From Chrysomallon squamiferum (Eukaryota; Animalia; Mollusca): a stretch of 64,000 nt of DNA. Location of the stretch: the NCBI GenBank assembly GCA_012295275.1, contig CM022677.1:27590001-27654000 (forward strand), written 5' to 3'. The position numbers and the translations under genes are program-made. The notes below the pieces were generated by a model. That model searched no databases and was not told the DNA's origin. It saw only the letters and a list, made by a program, of their open reading frames with translations. Shown here in pieces: positions 43,592 through 60,152 of this stretch (positions are counted from its first letter, which is position 1; every line of letters begins with the position of its first letter).

Positions 43592-44147
43592 ATCTATCTA
43601 TCTCTAATATAAATAATGTAAAAAATATATAAAGAAAAATTATAAATAAAATACTACAGAAATAATAGTAATAATTAAATAAACAAATAAATAAAAATAA
43701 TTATGTGAAAGAAAATCACAGATTCCCCCCCACCACCCGTACCCCACACCGATTTCTCCGTTTTCCTTTTTAATTAAACATCGTTATTTACATTTTTGCA
43801 CATTCAGACGTATATAATCTTACATCCATCCACAAACCCTTGGAACTACTGCGTATAATTATAAGACAAGATTATTCTATAATTTGCGTTATAGACGTTA
43901 ATTAAAACCCTCACAGTATTTAACACAAATATCGACATAAAGCATCTGTCATTTTTCACTGCCTCAGGGAAAAAATATCGTGAAAGGATTCATTATAAGC
44001 GTGTTCGTCAAACTATGTTTTAATTATAGTTCAGTGGCCTACAGTTTATTTAATTTTAAAGAAGAATGTAGTTAGACGTTTATATAAACGAAACATAATT
44101 TAGCGTTTTGAATAATGATAAATGACGTTTTGGTGATACAGTAAAAC

Positions 44148-44207
<60 letters not shown>

Positions 44208-45139
44208 GTACTAGTAGTAGTATTAATATTAATAAAAACAAATAATAATAATATTAATAATGGCGAAAAAAATCGAAGAAGGAAAATATCTACTATTATT
44301 TTATTTATTTATTTATTTATTTATTATTTTTAATTAATTTATTTTTTCATATTATTATTATTATTATTTTTTTAACCATAGAAGCATTAAGACAGCAAAT
44401 ATCAGAACAAAGAAAAAAACAAAACCAAAAAAAAGAAAAACAATGAAGAAAGAAAGAAAAAAAAAAATATATATATATATGTAAGTTATTTAAAGCGGTA
44501 GATAACCTCTGACGTCATCAGTTGACCTTTGCGAATCAGCAGTATTTTCTTTAATGACACTAACATCACTTTTTATCTCTGTTACAAATAAAAACGCTTC
44601 AAGAAATGATAAAAAAAATTGTCTTCTGTTCGTATATATCCATATATCGGTTACCGAAGACAATGCTACAGATATATTATCGATTCACTTTGTAGGATAA
44701 CGTGAAATATTCATCTACTATACTTCATACAGTTGATCCGCGTTTTATGTGTGTGCGTGTGCGTGCGTATTTCTGATTATTAAAAACCGTAGTGATTCTG
44801 GAAACTTACTATAAAATAATCTAATTTTACCCAGGTACGTGTTTGTAACTTAAAACTCCATCTACAGAGTAGAATTATGAACAGCTAACCCCAAAGTTAA
44901 TCTTTACTAACAACAGTAATTCAGGAATACATTTTGCCATCGTAACAATACATATATCATATCGTATAACATACATCGAGTACATAAGAACAGAGTGTAT
45001 ACTCTCTCACACATACACACACAAATGTATTATATATATATATATATATATACACTGCATTCATTGCACACATATCCTTCATAGTAGTGATTTTGGAATG
45101 CGTTTTGCCATCGTAACAAAACATATACATACACACATA

Positions 45140-45820
45140 CACAACACACATACCTCACGAGCATTACATAAACACTGCATACACAGCATGCACGTCTTTC
45201 ATGCGCGAGCAAACATAAATAATACATCTCTCCTGCTCCTTTACGCGCAAATGCATTCTAATTAAAAGGAGCCCATAATACAGGAGTCCACCGCTCCTGG
45301 AATGTCGCATCTCTTCTGGAAGACACAAACTAATAAACAGATTTTAAATCGATGTCGCTTTTCTGATGTTGACTCGTTTCACGAAAACCCACAAGTAACT
45401 CGGAACATCTGTTTCAAAATGGCGTCAGACGAAAAGCAGACGACCGTTTATTATTATTATAACGAGGGAGAAAAAAAAAAAAAAAGAAAAAAAAAAGAAA
45501 AGAAAAGTGGAAGACGGGAAGAAATAAAATTGACAACGTCAATGACCGCTACGCTGTCCGGTTCGATCACCAACAACGACGTTGTCGTCTCCGTCTTTGA
45601 CCCTGTCGCCGGACGTGAACGCTGAGCCTCGTTTCCGTCTGCGATCGACATTTCTGCTTAGTAAGCCAAGACCATCTGTTTCCGTGTGCCACGCGTTTGT
45701 CGGAACAATGGCCTGAGTCAGAGAAAGATGCTGCACAGAACTCGACTTTGTCACTGAGACTAATTTGTGCCAGCTGAGGCTCAAGCACACACTTCCAGTC
45801 AGAAGTGCCTCTAATTGTGC
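45140..45820. promoter_or_regulatory. CpG-rich island with YY1-like site
   Basis: caaaatggcg 45415-45424 and high CpG density; no convincing spliced ORF. Confidence 0.4.
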
Positions 45821-46132
45821 GACTTTTAGAGAAAGAAGAACAATTACACGTTCCCTCAGTTGTTGTAGTTATGAATTAGTTACCTAATTTCAAATTACCC
45901 ACAAATCCAGCATCGACGTTACGTTATACTACACATTTTTTGAAATACTAATTATCATCATCATCATCATCATCATCATCATTATTACTGTTGTTATTAT
46001 TATTATTGGCATCATCATCATCATCATCAATATTATTATTATTATTATTAATTTCTTGTAAGATAATTCATTAACAAAGATCTCCCGAAATACTGTCTTC
46101 CTATATTTATACAGATATCTTTCTTTTCTTTA

Positions 46133-46184
<52 letters not shown>

Positions 46185-46627
46185 TTAAATTTAATTATTC
46201 ATTATTACTACAACAAGAAATACAACCCTTCCCTGTACATATAGGCCTGAACGTCCCTACATGTTCGTAACAGAGATAACAGAATGAGAGGATTAAGATG
46301 TAAGAGTGCGTAGCCAAGTGAAAATGAAACGCAAGACATTTCGATATTTTTCAAGTAATCTGTCATTATCAAGTATACACAGTTAAAGAGGTTTGCACTG
46401 ATAAGGAAATTGTAACAGTAAATCAGAGAGAAAAATAAAAGGGAGACAGCGTGCGTACGCTGTTAAATGAATCAACGACACTATTGCTAACGGAAACAGA
46501 CGAAGATGTACGGAAATGTCCGAAGTCGTTTATTTCTTTATTTACGTTTGTTCTTCTTCTTTTTAAATTTTCTTTTTGTTAGTAAACACGAAAAAGTATT
46601 AAATTGGAAATGAATAGTAAATTGAAA

Positions 46628-46658
<31 letters not shown>

Positions 46659-46887
46659 AAGTAAGAAGGAAAGATAAAAGGATATGTGATACAAAAAAAC
46701 ATTTTTAATCCTTATAGGCACTTCAAACAGAAACAGAAGAATAATAATAATAATAATAAAAAAGATTAACGAGGAATACGGGTCAGTATTGAATTCTCTA
46801 ACATGCAACACAAAACGTATCTCAGCTCGAATTTTCTCAGACGGGCGGAACCGTCGCAGTGACAGGATGAAATCACTTCACACACAC

Positions 46888-46985
<98 letters not shown>

Positions 46986-47179
46986 CTGTTTCTCACTGCT
47001 CGACGGCTCGACTGGAATTCGGTCACTTTCAGTGCATAGAACCCCCCGCCAAGCGCAACATTCTTAAAGCTCGGGTGTATTGAGAAGAGCATTTACTACC
47101 TACCGTGGGTAAACCTCAGTGATGTTTAACACATATTTAATGGTTACCTTCAAAAACCTGGTTATGTTTATTAATTGGG

Positions 47180-47210
<31 letters not shown>

Positions 47211-47871
47211 TTGCTTATAATACATGAGCCTCGGTTTGGTTTACGTGGTGGAAAACAGTGTGTGTGTGTGTAGTTACGCCTATTGTAATGACATTAATTA
47301 TTCATGGGAATCTGATATCAGTTATCTTGATAAGGAACAGAAAAAAAAAATCTTTATTTAACAACAGTCAATCCTCAAACGCTTCCATGACAACTATATT
47401 TATGAATGTTATCACAACAACAACAACAACAACAATAATAATATTATGATGATGATGCTGATGATGGTGATCATAATGATTAAGGTGATAATGATGATGA
47501 TGAAAGTGATAATGATGATAATAATGATAATGATAATGGTGATGATGCTGGTGTTGAATGATAACAATGATAATAATATGACGATGACGACGACAATGAT
47601 GATAATATATGGATGGCTACATATTTGAAATATGATTTGCTTTAGGCCAAGGTTCAAATGAATAGATTGTTAATATATTTTGATCACACACACAAACAGA
47701 GATAGAGAGATGGATATATAGATATATGATGCGTTAACAGATAAAGAGATAGATACAAAGATAGCCATCTATAGCTATAGATATAGTTATATATCTCTAG
47801 TTAGAGAGTTAGATAGATAGATAGATAGATAGAGAGAAACAGACAGGCGAAAATTAATATATACAAAATCA

Positions 47872-48050
47872 ATGTAGAACGACAGATAGAAATGATAAAC
47901 ACGTTATAGATAATTAATACAAGACATATATATATATACATATATATATATATAGATATATATATATATATAGATAGATATAGATATATATAAAGCGATG
48001 TAGAACGACAGATAGAACTGATAAACACGTTATAGATAATTAATACAAGA
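47872..48050. repeat. 53-bp direct duplication separated by an (AT)n tract
   Basis: atgtagaacgacagatagaa(a/c)tgataaacacgttatagataattaatacaaga at 47872 and 47998. Confidence 0.9.
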
Positions 48051-48698
48051 TATATATGTATATAAAGGAGATGCCAGTTATTTACTTAAGGCGACTGAAC
48101 AAACAGGTCTGAGCGTTGTACGTTTCACAGGTCGTCTCAGCCAGTTAATCCTTCGTATCAATGTCAGATTGTGACACTAATTACTGAATTACGACAAGAC
48201 TAAGCAGCACAAATATACACCTGCAGGACCGGATTAGATCAAAAGACAAAGGTTAGGTAACTGCAGAAATTTAAAAAAAAAAAAAAAAAAAAAAATTGAA
48301 GGGAGGTAATCCGATCAGCAAGCGTAGAATAGTGTATTATGATACACACAAAGGGAGGTAATCGGCTTCACAATGGCGGAATTAAAAGTTAAGGTAAACA
48401 TGTTGCTTTCTTTCTTTTGTGACTAAATTTTTAAAGTCTTTGGTTTGTAGACTTCTGTAAGCCATTCAAGTATGTGTTATAGGTGATTCATTGAAGTGTG
48501 TGTTATATGCGATTCAGTAAAGTATGTGTTACCCGTTCGATTGCAGGCTAATCGTTGATTTAGTGAGGATAATCCGATTACAGAGGTATTGTATGTTCCA
48601 GCATGTCTGCTTTCTTTTCATCACGATAAATATATGGGAGTGAGGGTGTTTGTTTGTGTGTCTGTGTATGTATGTGAGTGTATGTGTGTAGATATATA

Positions 48699-48734
<36 letters not shown>

Positions 48735-50260
48735 TGTATGTATACCTGTGAGTATGCATGTATGTATGTATATATATGGGTACGTGTGTGTGTCTATTTA
48801 TATATGTATATATTATATGTGGTACGTTTGTTTCTGTATGTGTTTGTATGTATACATGTTTGTATGCATGCATGCTTGCATACGGGAATATAATGTCTTC
48901 GTCGTTGTTGTTTAAATGAAGAAAACAGAACAAGATGCTGATGCTGGAGACGAGGACGATGCAAACAACAACAACAACAACGACGACCGATTAATAGCTA
49001 CTCAAACAACTGTAAGATTTCAGTTTAATGTTTTTTTAGTTTTGTTTTTAAAACGTTATTCACAGAAACACGTTCATAACGCAGTGATAGCTATTTTTGA
49101 TGAGAAATATTTCAAAAAAATATTTTCTCATCTGTCGATCAGTGTTGATTAAAAATTTTTTGCTTCTCTGATTCTACTCGCAGTTACGCATGCGTATACT
49201 AAATTCTCGACAATGATTAATGTTGTCGAAATATTAACGATTTTTTTTTCGCTTAGGAAAGCTTTCTGGATTGTTGTACAGACACCAGAATTGAAATCGC
49301 TACGTTTACGGGGTTGTCGAATATCGATGGTTATTTCAGTTGATCTTGCCAAACAGAGACATTTACAATTTCGTATAATTCATTTTAGATAAGTTATTTC
49401 AATAAGTTTCATACTTATGTTGAAATGGATACCCTGTTTTGTTATCTGTAACGCAGGCGCAGTAACTTCAAAAAAAAAAAAAAAAAAAAAAGACTTCAGT
49501 AAAAGAATATATAATACTCAGTTTGTCTGTAAAATTAGTCAGTTTTTGAAAAGATAAAGTCAACAAGACTTAGGGAACGAATATTCAACACGTTAGTTCT
49601 TTGTAAACTGAAAAGCTGACCTGTAGTAAAACGAATACTTAACAGTTACTGGTAAAACAGTGGCAGTTCCTAAGTGTAAAAAAAATGACTGAAGAAATTA
49701 ACATTTATTACCATGCGAAATATTCAACCTTAAATCTACTAATCAAGCAATAATATCTTCCAAAACTAGTCACAGGTAGAAACAATGAGTAAAAGAAACA
49801 CAAAACAACAACAATAACCCCCCGAAAAAATAACCCAAAAGAACAACAACCACAATAACAAATGCCTAAAAGAAAATCAGTCAAACAAAAAAACCAAAAA
49901 CAAAACAAAAAACACACAAAACAACAATACCACCCCAAAAACAAAAATACAGCAACAAAAACAAACAACAAACGGTGTGACTTACATACAGTTGATAAAC
50001 GACATCGTAGACTTTTAATTCTATGTAAAAGTCACAGCTCCATATTCCTAAAGCCAGTAAAACACTAAAACTTACTACTGCACACAAATTCACCCTTGTC
50101 TATTAACTTTGTACAACAGCCCAGTGCTGTGCATTTTCTCATACAATACTGAATTTAATTACACAGAAAACACCAATTAAACGCTGTAAATTGTGAACTA
50201 TATTACTTGTCTAATTATACTCTCGTACAATAATATTAATAGTAGTTGTTAAATATCACA

Positions 50261-50363
<103 letters not shown>

Positions 50364-51458
50364 ATCTATATATATATATAGATATCTGACTCTCGCTCTC
50401 TCTCTCTGTCTGTCTTTCTTTCTCTCTCTGTGTCTGTGTGTGTGTGTGTGTGTGCAAATAAAATTTATATCTGTGTACGCGCTTTATATTTAACAGTTTC
50501 TCATAACACACTTATATAGGAAACAGTAAACAATCAAACATGATAAACTGTGATACCTATTACTTACATGTGAAATAACAATAATTTAAAGCATGGTTTA
50601 TTCTGATTGGTGCGACAGCTGCTTCAACGCTGGTACAGCAACGTCAAGCGTTCAGTTTATAATCATTTAAATCGATTGACACGTGACCAACCAAACTACA
50701 TTTCGCAGCATCGCGTGACGAGCCTGAAATCACGCGTGAAAAGTAACAAACAGCGCGTGACTTGTCACCAGTCATCAGACAACCAGTCAGTCGGGTTACT
50801 TATCTCCCTTAGTAGTAATTAAACGTTTCGGCGTCGCGCTAATGAGTTATCTCCCTTAGCTAATTAAATATTTCCAGCCTCGACTGATATAATTTATAAT
50901 TATCAGAAATCTAATCCGTCCATTTCATTTCTCCCTTCTTTCTCTTCTTCATTCTGCCCTTCGTTCATTTTTTCCACTTTCTGTTGCATACAAAATCTCT
51001 TCTCAGTTATATTTCCCTAATCCTCACTTTAAACGATTCACATAGATACCATACACTGGAAAACATATCCAGTGTGTTATACATCCCATAATATATAATA
51101 TATACATTCTGCATTTACAACATACATTGTACATACATTCATTACTTTATACACACGTCATATACATTACAGATATATCCCATACATCATACATACATAC
51201 ACCTCGTACGTTATACATACATCCTCTGTTTCAAACATACACCCACACACTGCACATACATAAAGTATTTTATAAAGCCATTATATACATTATAGATACA
51301 TCACATACATCATACGTACATGTCGTACATTATCCATACATCCTGTATTTTATACATTATAATATATTCTAGTATACACCAAACATACATGTTCCAAAGA
51401 TTACATTATATTCTATACATTTTTACATGCATCCCAAACATTATAATACATTCTATGT

Positions 51459-51700
<242 letters not shown>

Positions 51701-52289
51701 ATATATCAAATACTTCATATGGTTCAATAAGTACATCATACATATATCCAATACTTCACCCGGTTCACCAAGTACATTATGCACACATTCATACTGGCAG
51801 TACACGATTTAAACCGTATGTTTTTTGTCTTTATTTCTTTTCACGGTGTCATTTTGTGGGCGTTTCTGTGCCGGCATTTCCTTGACACGTGAATACTTGA
51901 CAGATCGGTTCAGAAAACTGGGTGAGTCGCACGGAAAGTAGCACGTGACAAGCTGTCGTCTGCTAGTGAAGAAATGATGAATAAAGAACTAGTTTGTGAC
52001 GACGATGATCGATATATCGACAATGACGATAATATAATATTTGCGATGATCATGATGATAATGATGGCAGTCATGATGATAATGATGTAATCGTAATGAT
52101 AATCACGATCCTGGTGATCATAATGACGATAATGATGATGATAAATTGTGATGATGATAATGATGTGAAGATGATGATTTTCTGTATGATGATAATGATA
52201 ATAATGGTAATGATGATGACAGCGATAATGATTACCGTTATCAGTATCTTTATCAACCTTACTATTATTATTATTATTATTATTATTAT

Positions 52290-52321
<32 letters not shown>

Positions 52322-52619
52322 CTGTTGTTGTTGTTATTAGCACCAGTGGTGTAGTAGTTGTAACAGTAGTAGTCGGTGTAGCTGTACCAATATCCAAACT
52401 AAAATAATTCTGAACTCAGCAGTATATGTAATAATATCATTTGTTAGTGCTATTAGTATTAGTTGTATATAATATTATAATATTAGTATTAATATTAGTT
52501 GTAGAAGTGGTACTTGTAGTAATAATGGTGGTTGCTGTGGTGATAGTAATAACATCAGAATTATAGTAGTTGCAATTGTAGTATAAGAAGCAGCTGTAGT
52601 TGTAGTAGTAGTAGTAGTA

Positions 52620-52659
<40 letters not shown>

Positions 52660-52716
52660 TAATAATAATAATATTAACATAATAATCATAATAATAATAA
52701 CAATAATAAGACTTAA

Positions 52717-52750
<34 letters not shown>

Positions 52751-53337
52751 GTAATAATAATAATAATAATAACAATAATACTTAAAATAACAACAACAAC
52801 AACAACAACAACAAAAATAATAATAATAATAAATAACAAAATAAAAGAAAATAAACGATTCAAACATACATCAAGCTACCAATACCACATCCACTGTCTC
52901 AACCACTCTGCCACCGAGTGAGAATATTTCAAAAAAACGTCTAAATAACAGGATAATCTGAAATCTCATTCTCTGGACTGTCCATCTGTCTGTGACTTTT
53001 TTTTAATGTCTGCGTGTCTGTGAAAGCAGGAGACGTTCTGAGACCACGAGAGAATGCGAGAGAATGCGAGAGAAGACGATAATGAAAGCACAGCGGGGAA
53101 GCGTCTACTCGTGCAAGGTCTCGCGAGTCACCAAATCCATCGATCCCGTTTCCTTTAATGCGCTGTTTCTCAATTTACACAAATCCTTATAAAAGACTTG
53201 TGACGTCATTAGACGGATTCGGACCGAGGTGTAGTCATGGCGTCGGTTTTTTTTTTTTTTTTTTTTTTTTAATGAAGTAACGAAAACCCAGTGAACTCTG
53301 GTAACGTGAGGACATATGCACTAAGAATTCTTAACAC

Positions 53338-53369
<32 letters not shown>

Positions 53370-53382
53370 TTGAATCATGCTG

Positions 53383-53433
<51 letters not shown>

Positions 53434-54424
53434 TTGTTTAATATTTCAGATATGGCTATGATATACAATAAACATAACACCTGTTACCAGTCTATAGTCC
53501 AGTTTCATCAGCTGAGATAACACAGAACAGCAGGACATAATAAAAATTAATATATATGCACACACACACACCCACTCACACACGCACATTGTACTTAAAC
53601 AAAGAAAATGAAAAACAGAGAAAATAACATTTACATAACTAACATACATAATTCATGATTAACAAAAGGCAATTACACGCAAAAAAACAAACAAATTAAT
53701 AAAATAAAAAATTAAAAATGGTGGCCCGAATGTCCTATCATAAAACTACTCACAAATAATAAAACCTCGATTTTTTTTTTTTTTTAATTAATTATAAGAG
53801 CTGTATTCTAAATGCGGAATTATGACCCTAACGATCAGCCATAGTTTAAACCACGTCACATCGACATCACGACGTAAATGTCAGCCATATCTAACCGTGT
53901 CAAAGGTCGACAACTGATGAAGAAAGCAACACGAGGTTCTTCCCCTTGACCCAAACATGTCTCGGGGCGCTGTGATTCCATTATGGTTCTATTTTCGTTT
54001 GTCGGGCGGGTGAAAAGAAAACGTCATTACGGTAAGTGAGTTTTCCCGCCTGTCGACGGGGTGTATAAAAATTATCGATCGGATTTCTTCACGGCTACGG
54101 ATTCAGTATCACGAAATTAATGAAAAGCGACCACTGTGATCATGTATATACACTGACAATTTTAAAACTGGACGTTCTGAACCAGACGTCGAGGAAACAG
54201 CTGCTAGGAAACCCGTGGCTGGACAGACGTGTGTTATGTACATACATACGAACATATTTACCTACAAGCTAGAAATCTGTATAAATACACATATGTGTAT
54301 GTGTGTGTGTGTGTATACACTCACGTAAATAGATGCACACACACGCACGCGCATACACGCATACACACATGCATACCTATATATATTATATATATGTAAA
54401 CATAGACTCATAAACAAATAACAC

Positions 54425-54489
<65 letters not shown>

Positions 54490-54621
54490 TATATTCACAT
54501 ACATACATATATACATACTGTAAACATACATACATATTATACAAGTCAGTAAGTAAATAAATAAATAAATGAATAAACCTTTCTATTGTTTCTGTTTGAC
54601 GCAATTGTAAGGATTAAGAAA

Positions 54622-54660
<39 letters not shown>

Positions 54661-55276
54661 TATGTGCGTGCGTGTGTGTCTGTGTGTGGTGTGTGTTAAA
54701 AATTACGGGTCTATTTCATATGCACTCTGCGCCAGATATCATACATTATAAATTCCAGCCAGTCACGTGACCATTCTGTGAGAAATGACGTCACGAGCTG
54801 CACGAGGTGTCAGCTCTTGATTAACTGCTACAAAGAAAAACAAGAAATGGCCGATTCTTTACACGACATCAATATGTTGCAATGTTATTTTTCTTCCTCG
54901 CAGAGACAGCGAAAAGAAAATATTGTTTAATTTACCCCAGGCAAAATGTGAGTAGGCATTTCAAATTTGTGTTTTCTTTTTCTATTCACTTTTTTTTCTT
55001 TGATTTCGTTTCTTTTTTTTCCTTTCTTTCTTTTGATTTGATTTCTTTTTTTTATCTTCTTTCTTTCTTTCTTTCTTTCTTTCTTGTCTTTGTATATTTT
55101 TGGTTTTGGGTTTAAAATGTCTAATATCTGGTGTAAAATGATTCTATGAAATTTTTGTAGTAGATAATATTTATTTTATTTTATTTTATTTTATTTTATT
55201 TTATTTTATTTTATTTTATTTCTTTTCTTTTATAATAAAAAATAAATAAATTACAGCAGTCAAATGAACAACAATA

Positions 55277-55308
<32 letters not shown>

Positions 55309-55639
55309 GAAGAAGAAGAAGAAGAAGAAGAAGAAGAAGAAGATGATGAAGAAGAAGTAGCAGAAACCTAACCTAATTTAACATAACACATATATCTCTT
55401 AGCGTCAGAATTTAAATTCAGGTGTTGTTCGGATCAAAGGTCAATCTGTTCGTTTCTCCAGTGGGAAATATTCCATTATTTCAGTTCTTATTTAATTGCG
55501 CTGGCATTCAACGTTGCGCATCTCCTGACGATTCTCGCAGTAAAACAAATTATTTTAATAGATCGAATATATTAACTTTCTTACACTGAGCTTAATGTGG
55601 CAGTCGTAGTCAAGGATGCAGAAAGAACAAGTTGAGAGG

Positions 55640-55714
<75 letters not shown>

Positions 55715-56628
55715 GCCGAGAGATATATAAATAATGAAGGATAGCGTGAAAGAGAGAAAAACACAGAGATAGGAAGATAGACAGAGAGATACAGATGGAA
55801 GAAGATCGATATATAGATGCTCTCTTGTCAGAGAGAGTTTAATTGAGTAAGATGGGAAGAAGAAAAAATAATTAAACAAATTAAAAAAAAGAAAAGATAA
55901 TAAAGATAAAAAAAGAATAAAGAATAAAAGTGACAGAAATCAAATAATATATTTATTAAATAGTAAATAGATGAAATAGACAACCCCCCCCACACAAAAG
56001 CAACAACATAAACGCAATCTACAACAACAAAGAAATGAAATAAATAAAATAAAAGTAAATGAAGAAGAAAAGATAACAGAAGAAAAGATAACAGAAAAAA
56101 AAGAAAGAAACGAAACAAACAAAACAAACCAAAAAAAACCCCAAAACAACAAAATCCAAAAACTAAAAAAAAGAAAAAAAAAAAAAAAAAAAAAAAAAAA
56201 ATAAAATGAAATAAAATAAAATAAAATAAAATAAAATGAAATAAACTAAGCTAAAATAAAATAAAATGAAATGAAATAAAATAAAATAAAATAAAATCGA
56301 CAAAACGCATCTGAACACAAGGAGAAAACAAAACGAAAACGAACAAAAACAATATTTATGCAATGAAGTTCGACAACTCTAGAAACGGACTGGTAAGCGA
56401 GATGAAAACTGACAAGATATTCGTAATCTAATACAGCTCGCATTGGTTTGGCTGGGGAGGCGAATAATCGATATTAATTATTATAAAACACTTTGGAGAA
56501 CAATATCGACAGAATGCTACTGGGAGTTGTGTCACCAGCAGATGTTGAATAAATCTAAATATGAAACGCTTCTTATTTTCATCACTTTGTGGTTTAACGT
56601 CTGAGTTATATTTGATAGGGTGTATTCA

Positions 56629-56715
<87 letters not shown>

Positions 56716-58116
56716 ATATATATATCTATATATATATATATATAGACACAAACATACTCACACACAGACGCACACACACACACCAAGATTAGCACTAAAA
56801 TGTTTTAGTATTGTCTATTGTAACGCTATTGATCTTGTATTGTCAGAATTCAGCAGAATTTAGTTTGTTTAGAGTGTGATTATAAAATATCAAATCAGAA
56901 GATGAACATGATGATATATATTTACTTTTCTGAATGTTTTTATTTCAGTGTTAAAAATGCTTCAAAAAAAAAAAAAAAATGTATAAAAAGAAAGAAAGAA
57001 AGAAGAAAAAGAAGAAATAATAATAAAATATTAATGCTAGTAGTAACATTTTTCTATTTTCTATTTTCTTCTATTTTTAATTTTTTTTTTTTTTTTTTTT
57101 CCGAAACAAACTAAAATTTCCGGCAGTTACAGAATCTCACGTGACAAATTTTAGGTCAATGACCTTTACGGCCTTCTCCCCCCACACTCACAGTCTTTCC
57201 TCTTTAGCAAACTATTTGTTTCTACAAAAAAGTTTCCCATTACAATGGAGAATGACGTCACAGCTCGTGTTAACATTGGAGACCACTGAATATTTTTTTT
57301 GTTTTTCTCCCCAAGAAATAGTAATGCCTGAGGAAAACAAAAAAAAAAAAAAAAAAAATCTATTTTTTCGTTTGATCCGATTTCCAAACGGGCCGAATCC
57401 TTATGGGTCACTGGGGGGGCAGGGGAGGTCTTCTGTGCCTTGCCACCTTCCTCATATCACTTTATATATATATATATATTTTTATTATTATTTTATTTTA
57501 TTTTAAATAATTACAACGTCATTCCGTTATATGATTATCAACATATTAAAGTCGACTGTGTTGCTTACGAACGCTAGTACGTCAACGACGACAGCGTCTA
57601 CGACACAGACAAGCACCCTGGACAAAAACCGTGGTTCTCTCTTAGTCAGCCTGTCGAAGTACGGCGGTCGAAGTTTTATTTCAATATTTGAAGGCCGCCA
57701 TGTTTATTTTTAATCTGACCTTTGACCTCGATTTCCTTTCGAGTGCAGCTTTTTTTTTTTTTTGTGACGGCGACAAAACGCTCGAGATTTTTAAACGGAG
57801 CAGAACTAAAACGATCAGTTGTACTTTTTTATCTTTTGACAAAAATAGGATTAAAAAATACAAAAGAAAAAAAAATCCCAGAAAAACAACAACAATAACA
57901 ACAAAACAAAAACAAAAACAAAACAAAAAAGAAAAAAAAGAAAAAAAAAGAACACAAAACAAACGGCAACAAAAAAATTAATAAAAGAAAACAGTTCTTG
58001 TAGAAGAACGCGCGCACACACAAACACACATACGAATACATAAGTTTTATATAGATGAAAAGGTATTCGTATACATATACATGCATATAAGTACAAATAT
58101 CTATCTATCTATCTAT

Positions 58117-58159
<43 letters not shown>

Positions 58160-58601
58160 CATAGACACATGCATATATATATATATATATAAATATATAT
58201 ATGTACCAAGAGAGAGAGAGAGATCTAACCGGTGGAATTCACAGGCGGATACCCAATGTATGAAGACAGAAGAGTTACAAATGTATTACATTTTAATGGA
58301 TTAACTGCACGAGACTTGCTCAAACAATAGGATTTGGTTTGATCTATAATAGTTCAACGTCAGACACCGCATCACTACCGCCAGCATACTCCTCCGCCTT
58401 CATCATTAAGTCCGCACACCGGTGCTCGTATATTTCAAATATTAAACTTTTTATTTTTTTTTTTTTTTTTTTTCTTTTTAAAGAAGTTGACGTCGACACG
58501 TCTCATCGAGACAAAAATAGTTAAAGGGGACGTTCAAAAATTAAACAGAAAGGGGCAAAACAGAACTGTATTAAAATACCACCAAGATGGTACGAAAATG
58601 A

Positions 58602-58682
<81 letters not shown>

Positions 58683-58892
58683 ATTATTTTAATGTGTATT
58701 AACATAGTAGGAGTACTATTTTATTATTAGTATTTCTTTTTATAAACTGATGCCAGGAGACAGATATCGAAGTGTTCTTCAAATGTCAAATGTTGCTCTC
58801 ACTCAACTCCCACCTTGTAATCATTTCTGGAACCGCTTCGAGACATTTATACTTCAGGAATGATTAAGAAACGTCACATAGTGTTCACGTAT

Positions 58893-58931
<39 letters not shown>

Positions 58932-58962
58932 GACCGAACACACAGACACTCATATCTTCACA

Positions 58963-59056
<94 letters not shown>

Positions 59057-59326
59057 TTACTGTCTTATTAATAATAATAATAATTAAATATATATATATA
59101 TATATATATACACACAGAAACTTCCTAATGCCACTCTGTACGTATGTCTGTCTGTCTCTGAGTTAAACAGAACAATGGATTTTTCACTTCGCTTCAGCTT
59201 CCTGTTAGGTTAGGATTTTTTAACAAAATTTCCGATGGTAAAACAGAAATAAGCTTAGCCGACATCACACAGACATTATGACATGTCTGGTTAGAATGGG
59301 ATCTTATAAGAGTAATCCTTGCCACA

Positions 59327-59384
<58 letters not shown>

Positions 59385-59975
59385 TATATAAATCAACGAA
59401 TAAATAAATAAATAAATAATGAGGAAAATTATTTTTTATTTAATATAATTCTAAATAAATTTTATTCTATGGTTTTACGGTGTTGTTTGTAATAATAAAT
59501 GGTTGTTCGACAGCTGTAAACAATTATTGGTAAGATCTGTTGTTGAAACTGTCTCTGCTCATTCTCTGAATTTTCTAACAGATTTTAATACAACGGAATG
59601 AAACCAGTTAGGTAATTATGTTAACTGAATTAATTAGTTCACGTTCATAATGTTATTATTTTATTTAATTCGTATTTATTTGTTATTTTTCGATTTGAAA
59701 AAAAAAAAAAAATAACGATATTTAAAAAAGAAACCAAGTTCTACTGTAATGCTAGTGCACTTTCTCCTACGATATTTAAATGGCTGCTCTTTAAACATTC
59801 ATCGGTGCTAGGAATTAACTTTGCACGGAAATGCATCACATATTGAATTTTCTGAATCTTTTGTGTTTCCGAGGATATGAGAAAATCTGGTATTTTTAGA
59901 ACGTTACAGTTGCAGAACAAAATAAATTAATAAATATATAATAAAATAAATAAAATAAAATAAATAAATAAATAC

Positions 59976-60021
<46 letters not shown>

Positions 60022-60152
60022 GCTAAAGAAATTAAATTAAATTAGTCTACCACTGGAATAATTTTGTGAACACGAAACGCAAAAAAAAACCTGTCAAGCG
60101 AATATGCAACGTCACACACATAAAAGAAATACGTCACAAGTAAACAACTTAC

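Noticed and set aside
45539-45790. Minus-strand ORF containing a furin-like RRRKR site, as a possible exon of the secreted protein
   Set aside because: No good flanking splice sites, terminates shortly after the site, and overlapping frames are equally open.
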